This document shows positions 55,057 through 64,000 of a stretch of DNA of 64,000 bases, piece by piece; within the stretch, counting starts at the first letter, position 1; each line of letters opens with the position of its first letter. The position numbers and the translations under genes were made by a program. Source of the stretch: Felis catus (taxonomy: Eukaryota); assembly GCF_018350175.1 (NCBI RefSeq), contig NC_058368.1:40736001-40800000 (forward strand), written 5' to 3'. Below the pieces are notes generated by a model. It was not told where the DNA came from and did not search any database. It saw only the letters and a list, made by a program, of their open reading frames with translations.

Positions 55057-55890
55057 TCACAGGGTCCCCCTTAGGATCTCTTGTAGAGCTGGTTTAGTGG
55101 TGACAAATTCCTTCAGTTTTTGTTTGTTTGGGAAGACCTTTATCTCTCCTTCTATTCTAAATGACAGATTTGCTGGATAAAGGATTCTCGGCTGCATATT
55201 TTTTCTGTCTAGCACCCTGAAAATCTCGTGCCAATTCTTTCTGGCTTGCCAAGTTTCAAAAGAGAGATCAGTCACGAGTCTTATAGGTCTCCCTTTATAT
55301 GTGAGGGCACGTTTACCCCTTGCTGCTTTCACAATTTTCTCTTTATCCTTGTATTTTGCCAGTTTCACTATGATATGTCGTGCAGAAGATCGATTCAAGT
55401 TACGTCTGAAGGGAGTTCTCTGTGCCTCTTGGATTTCAATGCCTTTTTCCTTCCCCAGTTCAGGGAAGTTCTCAGCTATTATTTCTTCAAGTACCCCTTC
55501 AGCACCTTTCCCTCTCTCTTCCTCCTCTGGGATACCAATTATGCGTATATTATTTCTTTTTAGTGTATCACTTAGTTCTCTAATTTTCCCCTCATACTCC
55601 TGGATTTTTTTATCTCTCTTTTTCTCAGCTTCCTCTTTTTCCATAACTTTATCCTCTAGTTCACCTATTCTCTCCTCTGCCTCTTCAAGCCGAGCTGTGG
55701 TGGTTTCCATTTTGTTATGCATTTCGTTTAAAGCGGTTTTCAGCTCCTCGTGACTGTTCCTTAGTCCCTTGATCTCTGTAGCAAGAGATTATCTGCTGTC
55801 CTGTATACTGTTTTCAAGCCCAGCGATTAATTTTATGACTATTATTCTGAATTCACTTTCTGTTATATTATTTAAATCCTTTTTGATCAG
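55057..55890 (-). pseudogene. ORF1: LINE-1 ORF1 remnant (coiled coil, RRM, CTD), N-terminally truncated with a premature stop
   Basis: Frame reads LIKKDLNNITESEFRIIVIKLIAGLENSIQDSR*SLATEIKGLRNSHEELKTALNE-MHNKM...NNIRIIGIPE...ENFP...RHIIVK...PRILYPANLS...[11 protein letters not shown]. In-frame TAA at 55789-55791. The start codon and 5'UTR are absent. Confidence 0.93.
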
Positions 55891-56625
55891 CTTGACTTTG
55901 CATTCCTAAAGATAATTCAGTGTCACAGTTATATTAGACAAAACATGAAAATACAAAACAAATAATAGAGTAACAGCTGAGAAAACTATAAAATAAAAAT
56001 ATTTGAAAATAGTATATTAGATTTATATACCTTTTAATAGTTTCACTTGATTTTTTTTAAATGAAGAAAAAATGATTATTCAAACCATTCAAACCAAACA
56101 AATTTAATTAAAGTTGTCTTGGGTAAAAATAAAGTTGAAGAGAAGATAGATTTTTTTCCCCAAATAACAACATTCTTTGAAATGCAGTGCTTATACAAAA
56201 TATACATGGAGCTTAATGTCAAGTAATACTTTGATTCAATCTACTTTTCTTTACTTAATAACTTTCTCACTTTGAGCAAATAATTGAAACAATATGACTA
56301 TTAGTTTTTCTATGAGAATAGGATTAGTTATAGTTTGGATTGGTAGGGAAAGATTCCATGTAATCTGCTTCTTAAAGGAGGATAAATCATGTGCAAAGTG
56401 AGGAGTGACATAGACCTTGCTCTTTTCTAGGAGGGAAAATCTGTAAATTCAGCCAAATATCCCAGAGAAGCTAAAAAAGCATATTTTAGAAGACATTGAA
56501 AAAAGTATGAAGTATGAAATAAATCAATGTCATACTTGGCATTAGAGTCAGCCAGTAAGTAGTCTGTTAGGTAGGTCATCTAGAAATCTGCAAACCCTAG
56601 TATCAATATTTTAAAAAATGATCCT

Positions 56626-56847
56626 GGGGCACTTGGGTGACTCTGTCGGTTGAGTATCCGACTTGGACTTAGGTCATGATCTCACAGTTCGTGGGTTCGA
56701 GCCCTGCATTGGGCTCTGTGGTGACAACTCAAAGCCTAGAGCCTGCTTCAGATTCTGGGTCTCCCTCTCTCTCTGCCCCTCCCCTGCTTGTGCTCTGTTT
56801 CTCTCAAAAATAAATAAACATAAAAACAAATTTTAAAAATAAAAAAT
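56626..56847 (+). mobile_element. Can-SINE (SINEC_Fc-type)
   Basis: Head ggggcacttgggtgactc. TSD aaaaaatgatcc / aaaaagtgatcc. Confidence 0.94.
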
Positions 56848-57029
56848 AAAAAGTGATCCAAATTTCTATTGGAATACCTACAGAAATTATATTAATTAGC
56901 TCAAGCTGCCAAAACAAAATACCATACCATAGATTGAGTGGCTTAAACAACAGAAGTTTATTTTCAGCTACAACCCATACTACATAGAACATATTAAAAC
57001 CCACTGAATAAATTAAAAATCGATAAATA

Positions 57030-57830
57030 CACATTTGATACAAACAAGTTAAAGAGAATGTAATGCCCTTTCTTGCACCATAAACTCGCCGTATAAATTT
57101 AGAAGATATGGTGACATTATAAACTGACTATCTGGTAACAACCATTATAATTGATTTAGAGAAGGGCTAACACTTGATGATAAAACTATTGGGAAATAGT
57201 CTGATGAGTAATGGATAATTTACATGGTTTCAACATATCTATTATATTAATTTCAATGGGAAGAAGTTGACATAATGTGCCTTCTGATATAATTTATTGA
57301 GAAGAACACAGCATCCCTTCTGTGACATTCCTGTTATTAAATGCATAACATCATTTAAATTATGGGGAAACATGAGACAAACCCACATTGGTCAACATTC
57401 TACAAAATAATTTCTGTGTACTCTTTGAAATTATCAGTGCCTCTTTAAAAGTAAAAGCAAAACTGAGAAATTTCTCTTTAGTAAAGGAGATTGTTAGAAG
57501 CAGTGTGATCCACGATTTTCTTTTACTGTAATGTTACTGAGAAAATGGAAATCTGAATTAATGCTATAGACAATACTATTTATATAACTTTCCTGTGCTT
57601 ATGTACGAAAATATTTTTGTTTAGGAAATACACACCGAAGTTTATGCACAAAGAGAAGTACTGTTTTCCAATTAAAATACTATAAAATATGCAGAAAGAG
57701 AATGATAAAGCAAACGTGGTTTAAAGGTTGACATTTGGGGAAGCTGAGTGAAGTGGAAGTTGGAATTTTTTGTATTATTCTTGTAACCTCTCTGTGCCAG
57801 GTATTTTGTCAAAATAAAAATTTAAAAAAA
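57030..57830 (+). mobile_element. Ancient L1MC-type 3'UTR
   Basis: gaagaacacagcatcccttctgtgacattcctg..gaaacatgagacaaaccca..acattctacaaaataa. A-rich end. Confidence 0.75.
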
Positions 57831-58381
57831 CAATAAGGGTTTTCAATATTTTTTATAAGCTGTCTCTTTCATTTTTTATTTCTACACCAGGCAAGTGACT
57901 TTTACAAAAGCTTTAAATCTGTCTTTGAAACTTCTGCATCTAGACAATGATAGGTCACCTTCAGTAACTGACCTTGTAGACTACTCACCTGCAGGAAGAT
58001 GTCTGGCTAAAGAGAAGAAAACTTAGATTATGTGTCTTTCCCATACAATATTTCTTTAATTGATTATTATTACTCCAGAAATACTTGGCAAGGGAGAAGT
58101 GATGTGAAACTCAAATCTCTTCAATGGTTTTACTTTCAGAAGCTTGATAAGAGAGTTAGTTGATACAACTGCTAAAATTAGGTTTAAGGATTACCCATGG
58201 ATAATTCCTTCTCAATTTCTATGTTATTATCTATGAAACCACCATTTATCTGTCACCCTAAAATGGGCTTATTTTTCACTCATCCATCTCTGTGAAAAAC
58301 CTTTAGTTAGTTGCCAAGTCCCTATTTTTTCTCTTTAAATTCTCTTTATTTTGTATACATTCTTGACTGCATAACTTTCTT

Positions 58382-58468
58382 TTTGTTTTATAAACTACTT
58401 TATTGAGGTATGATTGACATGTTAAAAGGTATACATATTTGATATACACAATTTGACAAGTTTTGGGT
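58382..58468 (-). mobile_element. 87-bp L1 extreme 3'-end stub (L1MA/MB-like) with perfect 19-bp TSD
   Basis: TTGACTGCATAACTTTCTT at 58363-58381 and 58469-58487. The insert on - strand ends catacctcAATAAAgtagtttataaaacaaa. Confidence 0.8.
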
Positions 58469-58502
58469 TTGACTGCATAACTTTCTTATTAAGAGCATTC
58501 TA

Positions 58503-58747
58503 GGGGCACCCGGGTGACTCAGTCAGTTAAGCATCTGACTTCAGTTCAGGGCATGACTCTTGGTGGGTTCAAGCCCCACATCGGCCTTTGGGCTGACAGT
58601 GCGGATCCTGCTTAGGATTCTCTCTCTCTCTCTCTCTCTCTCCCTCTCTCTTTCTCTCTCTGCCCCTACCCCACTTGTGTGGTCTCTCTGTCTCAAAAAT
58701 AAATAAATAAACTTTAAAAATCTTATATATACATATATATGTATATA
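58503..58747 (+). mobile_element. Can-SINE with long (CT)n and TA-rich tail
   Basis: Head ggggcacccgggtgactcagtcagttaag. TSD core cattct. Confidence 0.92.
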
Positions 58748-58913
58748 AACATTCTGATCTCTCCCTTTTGGCCATTGGTTGAGTCCAGTTTCAAATACTT
58801 CATGCCTATAGTCATACCACATCTGGATTGACAAATAATTTATATCCCATATTATATAATTGTTTCCAGTTTTTTGTTCATTTAACTTTAGTGTTATTTA
58901 TCAACTTGATTTT

Positions 58914-59165
58914 AACTTTTTTTTTTAATTTTGTTTTTAATATTTATTTTGGGGGGAGAGATAGAGAGAGAGACAGAGAGGGAGAGAGAGAGTGTGAGCA
59001 AGGAAAGGATAGAGAGAGGGAGACACAGAATCTGAAGCTGGCTCCAGGCTCCAGGCCTCTAGCTGTCAGCACAGAGCCCTAGGGGGGTCTCGAACTCACT
59101 GGACGGTGAGATCAGGACCTGAGCTGAAGTCGGACGCTTAACCAACTGAGCCACCCAGGTGCCCC
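58914..59165 (-). mobile_element. Can-SINE
   Basis: Ends actgagccacccaggtgcccc. TSD tatcaacttgatttt / tatcaagttgatttt. Confidence 0.94.
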
Positions 59166-59189
59166 TATCAAGTTGATTTTAAGTCAATT

Positions 59190-59412
59190 AAAAAAAAAAT
59201 TTTAATGTTTATGTATTTTTGAGAGAGACAGAGACAGAATGCTAATGGGTTAGGGCAGAGAAAGAGGGAGACACAGAATCTGAAGCTGGCTCCAGGCTCC
59301 AGGCCTCTAGCTGTCTGCACAGAGCCCAACGTGGGGCTTGAACTCACGAGCGGTGAGATCATGACCTGAGCTGAAGCCAGACGCTCAACCAACTGAGCCA
59401 CCCAAGTGCCCC
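59190..59412 (-). mobile_element. Can-SINE
   Basis: Ends actgagccacccaagtgcccc. TSD ttaagtcaatt. Confidence 0.94.
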
Positions 59413-59479
59413 TTAAGTCAATTTTAAACAAAGTCCACTGCTTCTGTAGCTTCACAAACCCAGCATAATCTAAACACTT

Positions 59480-60240
59480 AGCAAGTACTCACTAAATATT
59501 TATTGATTTATTTGAAAAATAAGGAGTGCCTTTTGTATACCAGCTAATGTTTCTACACTTGGTATATGTCAAACTGATCTTTTGAGCCTTGTCTTGTAGA
59601 AGGAGTAGACATGTACAAGTCAATTAAAAATATGCATAATTTCAGACTCTGAAACATACAATGAAGGAAATTAAAGTATGATTGATGTCTGTGACTGGCA
59701 GGAAAGATTGATGTAGATTGGGTGGTCCTTAAAGGCTTCGCTGAGAAAATGACATTTGAACTGTGAGAAGCTCTAGTCACCAAGATTTGGGCTGAGTCAA
59801 AGCATGTGTGCATGAGCAAATATGAGAACAATTTTGATATATTGGCCAAAAAAAAGCACAATCTGACTGCAACTTAGTGAATGAGGGATAAAGGCAAGTT
59901 AAGAGAAATAGCCAGTAGGAGTATGAATTTTTTGCTTCCAAAAACAATAAAAAGGGGAAGTTTTCATCTTGAGACTCCTCGACCAATTTTTATTTTTTAA
60001 TCACTCCAACTGGATAAAAATAGACTTATTGTTGGAGAAAAGAATTTAGAAACTCTTGAGACAAGTATAATGGTTCAGATAAATAATAGTGGCTTGGTGT
60101 GGGTTTATAGTGGTGTGGGTTTAGAGATTCAAAGGAGTTAATGACTTTGAGATATTCAGAGGATTAATTAATGGATTTGATTTGGCCATTGTGGAAAAGG
60201 ACAAGAAATGAGTCCTAAGTTTTCATCTTTAGCACCAGGT

Positions 60241-60289
<49 letters not shown>

Positions 60290-60480
60290 GAGATTGAGGG
60301 CCCTATTCTGGATATGTGAGTATGAGTATATTAGGGAGATCAAGGCTACCACCATAGTCATGTTAAATCCTGTCTGTAGAAATCCATGCTGTGTTACCAA
60401 GGAGACAGTTTGATACAAGAGTTTGATGCACAATGGAAATATCAAGGCTAGAAACATAAATTCAGGAATCATTGACAAAT
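59480..60480 (-). mobile_element. L2 LINE remnant
   Basis: aaggcttcgctgagaaaatgacatttgaactg..., ...gagtcctaagttttc, ...ggctagaaacataaattcaggaatcattg are typical reverse L2 3' segments. Confidence 0.6.
60241..60289. repeat. (TAAA)n tetranucleotide repeat
   Basis: Direct reading. Confidence 0.95.
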
Positions 60481-61857
60481 AAATTGGTATTTTAAATACC
60501 CTTTTATTTCTTTACATAAATAAGTGAATATCAAAACATACTAATAATTTATTATAAATCCTGAATGATCCTAAGGTAGTTTTGCATTTATGTTGCTTAT
60601 TTCCTTCTGAAAGCAAAATTTACTGAAAGCTTTTATTTCAAAATCAAACTGATTTTTTATAGTCTAAGGACAGTTTGTCTTCAAATGAATTTTAATTCTA
60701 GAAATTATTTTCCCAATAATCATGTTTTTGTGTTTTTTTTTTTAAATTCTATTTTGAGATTATTTTTGCTCAGGGAAAAAAAGTGCTTCAAGAAATGAAG
60801 TACATCTTCATTTCTTTACAAATAAATCTTTTTCCTAAAGTAATGATTTCATTTACTTAGAATTTTTTTTTAATTACCAGCATAAATAAAGATGAAGCAG
60901 AGATAAGGAAACAATACTTATCTGGTAACTTTTTGCTCAGATCTTTTATAATGTCGGCACAAATCAAAGTCAGAATTCAGAAACTATTCTAGAACTATTT
61001 TCTCTCAAGTCCCATTGGCTGAATTGTGGTTGGTAATGGTCTGTAAAAGGAAAGCCAATTTGCCCCTTGATGGAGATTACTGTACCAAATGTAGCAAAGA
61101 GCTTCAGAAAATGTGACACGCTTTCTATTCAACAGTGAAAGAGTCGATTAGTTTCCTAGTTTTTCTTTTCGTGCAATGGAAATAGGTCTTGCTTGTTAAT
61201 TCTCTTTAATCTCCCACATCAGTTTCTTGGCATTGTTGTTTATTTCTAAACCTGCATAATTGTATCTAAAACAAAGCGCATAAATAAAATGTTTTAAAAT
61301 TCTAATTCACTGGTAAATAACTACTCTTAAAATTTAATTTGGCAGGGTAAAAAACTTTCAACCAAAATGTATTATAATTATCAATGAATGTTTTTGAGAG
61401 GAAGATGCATTATTTCTTCAACATTACTAAATTTCTTAATATCAATTAGTATGATTTTGCTTCCCCTAGAGTAAAATTTCTTTAAAATTCCCTGGTCATG
61501 CTATAGTCATCCACATAGTTAATACCTATGAAGATATATCCTTTATTTTAATGCATTGTAGCATAGAAAAATATAAAATTCACTTTTATCACTTTTATCA
61601 AATATCAAATCAAAAATATAAAATTCACTTATATCAAATGTATATATGATCATCATGTACATTTATAAATCTAAATCAACAGATAAATTATGAAATTAAA
61701 ACTTATCTTTTCCATCTTTCTGCATATTTTAATATGTCCATTTTATAGTTATATCTGAAATTTTTCTAATTAAATTATTAAAGTAGATAAAAATCATCAT
61801 GTTAGAAATGTCTTATAAACAAATAAATTAATTTACTGAGTTAAAATAAAGATTAAA

Positions 61858-62050
61858 GAGCCCCTGGGTGACGCAGTCTTTTGAGCATCTGATGTGGGCT
61901 CAGGTCATGATCAAATCGTTTGTGAGTTCGAGCCCAGCATCAAGCTTGCTAATGTTAGTGCAAGCAAGCTTCCGATTCTCTGGCCCCCTCTCACCTGCCC
62001 CTCCCCTGCTGGTGCTCTCTTTCTCTCAAAAATAATTACAAACATTGAAG
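61858..62050 (+). mobile_element. Can-SINE (diverged)
   Basis: gagcccctgggtgacgcag...ggctcaggtcatgatc...gagttcgagccc. TSD taaagattaaa. Confidence 0.88.
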
Positions 62051-62439
62051 TAAAGATTAAAATTATAATTCTTATGAAATATACTTTAAAGCTAAAAATT
62101 ACATTACATATTTATACTGGAAAAAAATGAACTGATAAATATAAACTTACAACTATGCCTCTAAAGATGTCAGTTAAAATATTTAAGCACATGACATCTT
62201 CTGAGATGTCATATTTTGTGTTTAACAAATAGCTGTCATTGTATAAAATATTTAAATTAGAATTTCACAAATTCACAAATATTTTATTAACTAATATAGC
62301 TATATGTAGAAAATTTTGTATAGTAGGGGAGAGCAAAATAAATTTCTATTATTTGCTTTGAAGTATGCATCTAAGATTAATATATTTTAGAAAAATCTGA
62401 AATTGAGATCATGGAAAAAATAGCAGTGTAAGAGAATCC

Positions 62440-62790
62440 ATTTTCCCCATCTCTCCACAAAGATCAATGATTGGACAGCTATCCATAAACAAAAACGGCT
62501 CTAGGAGACCTCTAGAGTCTACCCAGAAGTTTTAACAGCACCATGGAAAAAAAACCTGAGAATAATTGCACCAGAAGAGAAGGAAGACCACCTCATTTTA
62601 CCTGGATCAACCCATTCTCCAAGCCAGCGTTGTTCAGTGCCAAGAAGAAACTTCCTAGCTAGAAAGAGTTCCTTTTGCCAGGAGAGGAAGAGCAGGGTGA
62701 GTGACCACCTTCAGCCTTTGGGCACATCCGGAAGGTCTCACTTGGATGTAACCCCACTCAGACCTGGCAAAAGTGAGGCATATCGAGCCG
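62440..62790 (+). mobile_element. Old L1M 5'UTR fragment
   Basis: ggacagctatccataaac..cctgagaataa..ctagaaagagttcc..agagcagggtgag resembles the recalled L1M2/L1M3 5'-end consensus. Confidence 0.55.
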
Positions 62791-63429
62791 GATAGGAACA
62801 AAGATGAAGTTTATAGAATCCTTAGATTTTGAATAGGTCTCAAAAATAGCAAATTCAAACTGCTTGCTACTGTAGGACTCCTGATCCTGAAGATAGTCAT
62901 TGACGTTCCCATTTAACGCTGACAAATCTAGAAAAGATGTTATTTCACAGAGCATTTATTTCATTTATTGAACAAATATATGCTGATTTTCCCCTGAAGA
63001 TAGACAAGAGTTTAGGCACAGGGGAAATAAAAACAAATGATACATGATTCGACAGACTACATGTGAACAAATTCTATACTTCATAGCAAACTACATGTGA
63101 GGGGGCTGGGGGCAAAAATTACATGGGGAAATACCACTCACATGGAAAATGTTCCAGAGGTAACACTTCAGCCATAAAAAAGGAGTTTGCTAGTACAAGA
63201 ATGGCAGAAAGGGAAACAACATATGCAAATACACAAGGATATAAAAAGACATAACTTTCAGGGGAATGCAAACATTTGCTCATTGCTCGTATATGAAATA
63301 CCAGGAACACAGGCATGCAATATATTGAGGATGTTGTCAAAGATGACATCATGAAAGGTTCATGCTATTTTCTCACTTTCTCAGTTTCTAGTTGTGAGAC
63401 AAAGATTTTTTAGAAATCACTCTTTATGG

Positions 63430-63640
63430 GGGGCACCTGGGTGGCTCAGTCGGTTAAGTGTCCGACTTCAGCATCAGGTCATGATCTCGCAGTTTGTGAG
63501 TTCAAGCCCCACGTCGGGCTCTGTGCTGACAGCTCAGAGCCTGGAGCCTGCTTCGGATCCTGTGTCTCCCTCTCTCTCTCTCCCTACCCACTCACTCTCT
63601 GTCTCTCTCTCTCTCAAAAATAAACAAACATTAAAAAAAA
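63430..63640 (+). mobile_element. Can-SINE (SINEC_Fc-type)
   Basis: Head ggggcacctgggtggctcagtcggttaag. TSD aaatcactctttatgg / aagtcactccttatgg. Confidence 0.95.
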
Positions 63641-64000
63641 AAGTCACTCCTTATGGTACTCATGCATAAGTAGACAGACAAACAGAATACTGATTCCAAA
63701 AAGAGAAAAAAATAACTGAGATTTAAATTTTATTAAATTGGCATTTAGATCACTGAGATGAAGATCAGCTTAAAGTAACTATATTGTGAGAACTTATAGT
63801 CACTAAAAAAATACTGAATCTGTATGTCATAACATATGCCAAGGTAAACACCAAAAGAGCCAAATACTTAAATGTAAATAATGAAATTAAAGTAAAAACA
63901 AAACCGAATATGGATGAATTCATTTAAAATAATGGAGTAGAAAAATTTATCACGCAAAATGCAAAAGCTATAGTAAAGATTCTTGATAGAATTGAACTAT

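Larger units (their letters stand above)
50895..55891 (-). mobile_element. Young felid LINE-1 (L1_Fc-like), about 5.0 kb, 5'-truncated within ORF1
   Basis: Perfect 16-bp TSD TTGACTTTGCATTCCT at 50879-50894 and 55892-55907. Patterned poly(A) tail at 50895-50961 (poly-T on +). Order on - strand is ORF1 remnant, 50-nt spacer, ORF2, G-rich 3'UTR. Many CpGs retained. The insertion site reads TTT/AGGAA on the element strand, resembling an L1 endonuclease site. Confidence 0.98.

Noticed and set aside
55007..55060. 1292-aa ORF2 with extension [18 protein letters not shown]
   Set aside because: It begins at a GTG overlapping the ORF1 stop. The conventional start is the ATG at 55006.
52020..55753. Several + strand ORFs of 65-150 aa over the young L1
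   Set aside because: They are antisense shadows of L1 ORF1/ORF2 and recur opposite the older L1 (for example MV(R/K)FIPRYF). No independent evidence of coding.
61567..61636. Direct repeat aaaaatataaaattcactt(t/a)tatca with short sub-repeats
   Set aside because: Two copies in very AT-rich DNA, consistent with ordinary slippage. Not an array or CRISPR.
62758..62955. Possible minus-strand exon after ttttctag (DLSALNGNVNDYLQDQES...)
   Set aside because: The acceptor-like site has no convincing donor, no recognisable protein similarity, and the frame runs into an old L1 5'UTR fragment.
3525..63669. Many 60-120 aa ORFs with AQVMIS..SSP..GSVLTAQSLEP or GSGHDL motifs
   Set aside because: These are translations of Can-SINE copies, not genes or a repeat-protein family.
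1..64000. A novel multi-gene biological system
   Set aside because: The only long ORFs belong to LINE-1. Everything else is explained by known repeat classes or unassigned non-coding DNA.

Overview
AT-rich, repeat-dominated mammalian DNA. The roughly 24 tRNA-derived Can-SINE copies (SINEC_Fc-type) and carnivore-type LINE-1s point to a felid genome. No host protein-coding exon, RNA gene or CRISPR array is recognisable, so the window is intergenic or deep intronic. The main feature is a young minus-strand LINE-1 (50895-55891) with a perfect 16-bp target-site duplication (TSD). It carries an uninterrupted 1274-aa ORF2 (endonuclease, reverse transcriptase, Cys-rich end), but it is 5'-truncated inside ORF1, lacks the promoter, and has a nonsense codon in ORF1. 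An older decayed plus-strand L1 (37071-39960) splits a MaLR LTR and is itself split by a SINE. The rest is layered ancient repeats (MLT1/MLT2 and MER31/MER67-type LTRs, L1M, L2, MIR, MER5, MER91) plus microsatellites. Repeat family names come from recalled consensus motifs, not from a database search. I found no convincing new biological system. The notable signals concern retrotransposon mechanics: the intact promoterless ORF2, a split poly(A) tail, an 87-bp old-type L1 stub with a perfect 19-bp TSD, a probable gene-conversion tract between neighbouring SINEs, and multi-level nesting.
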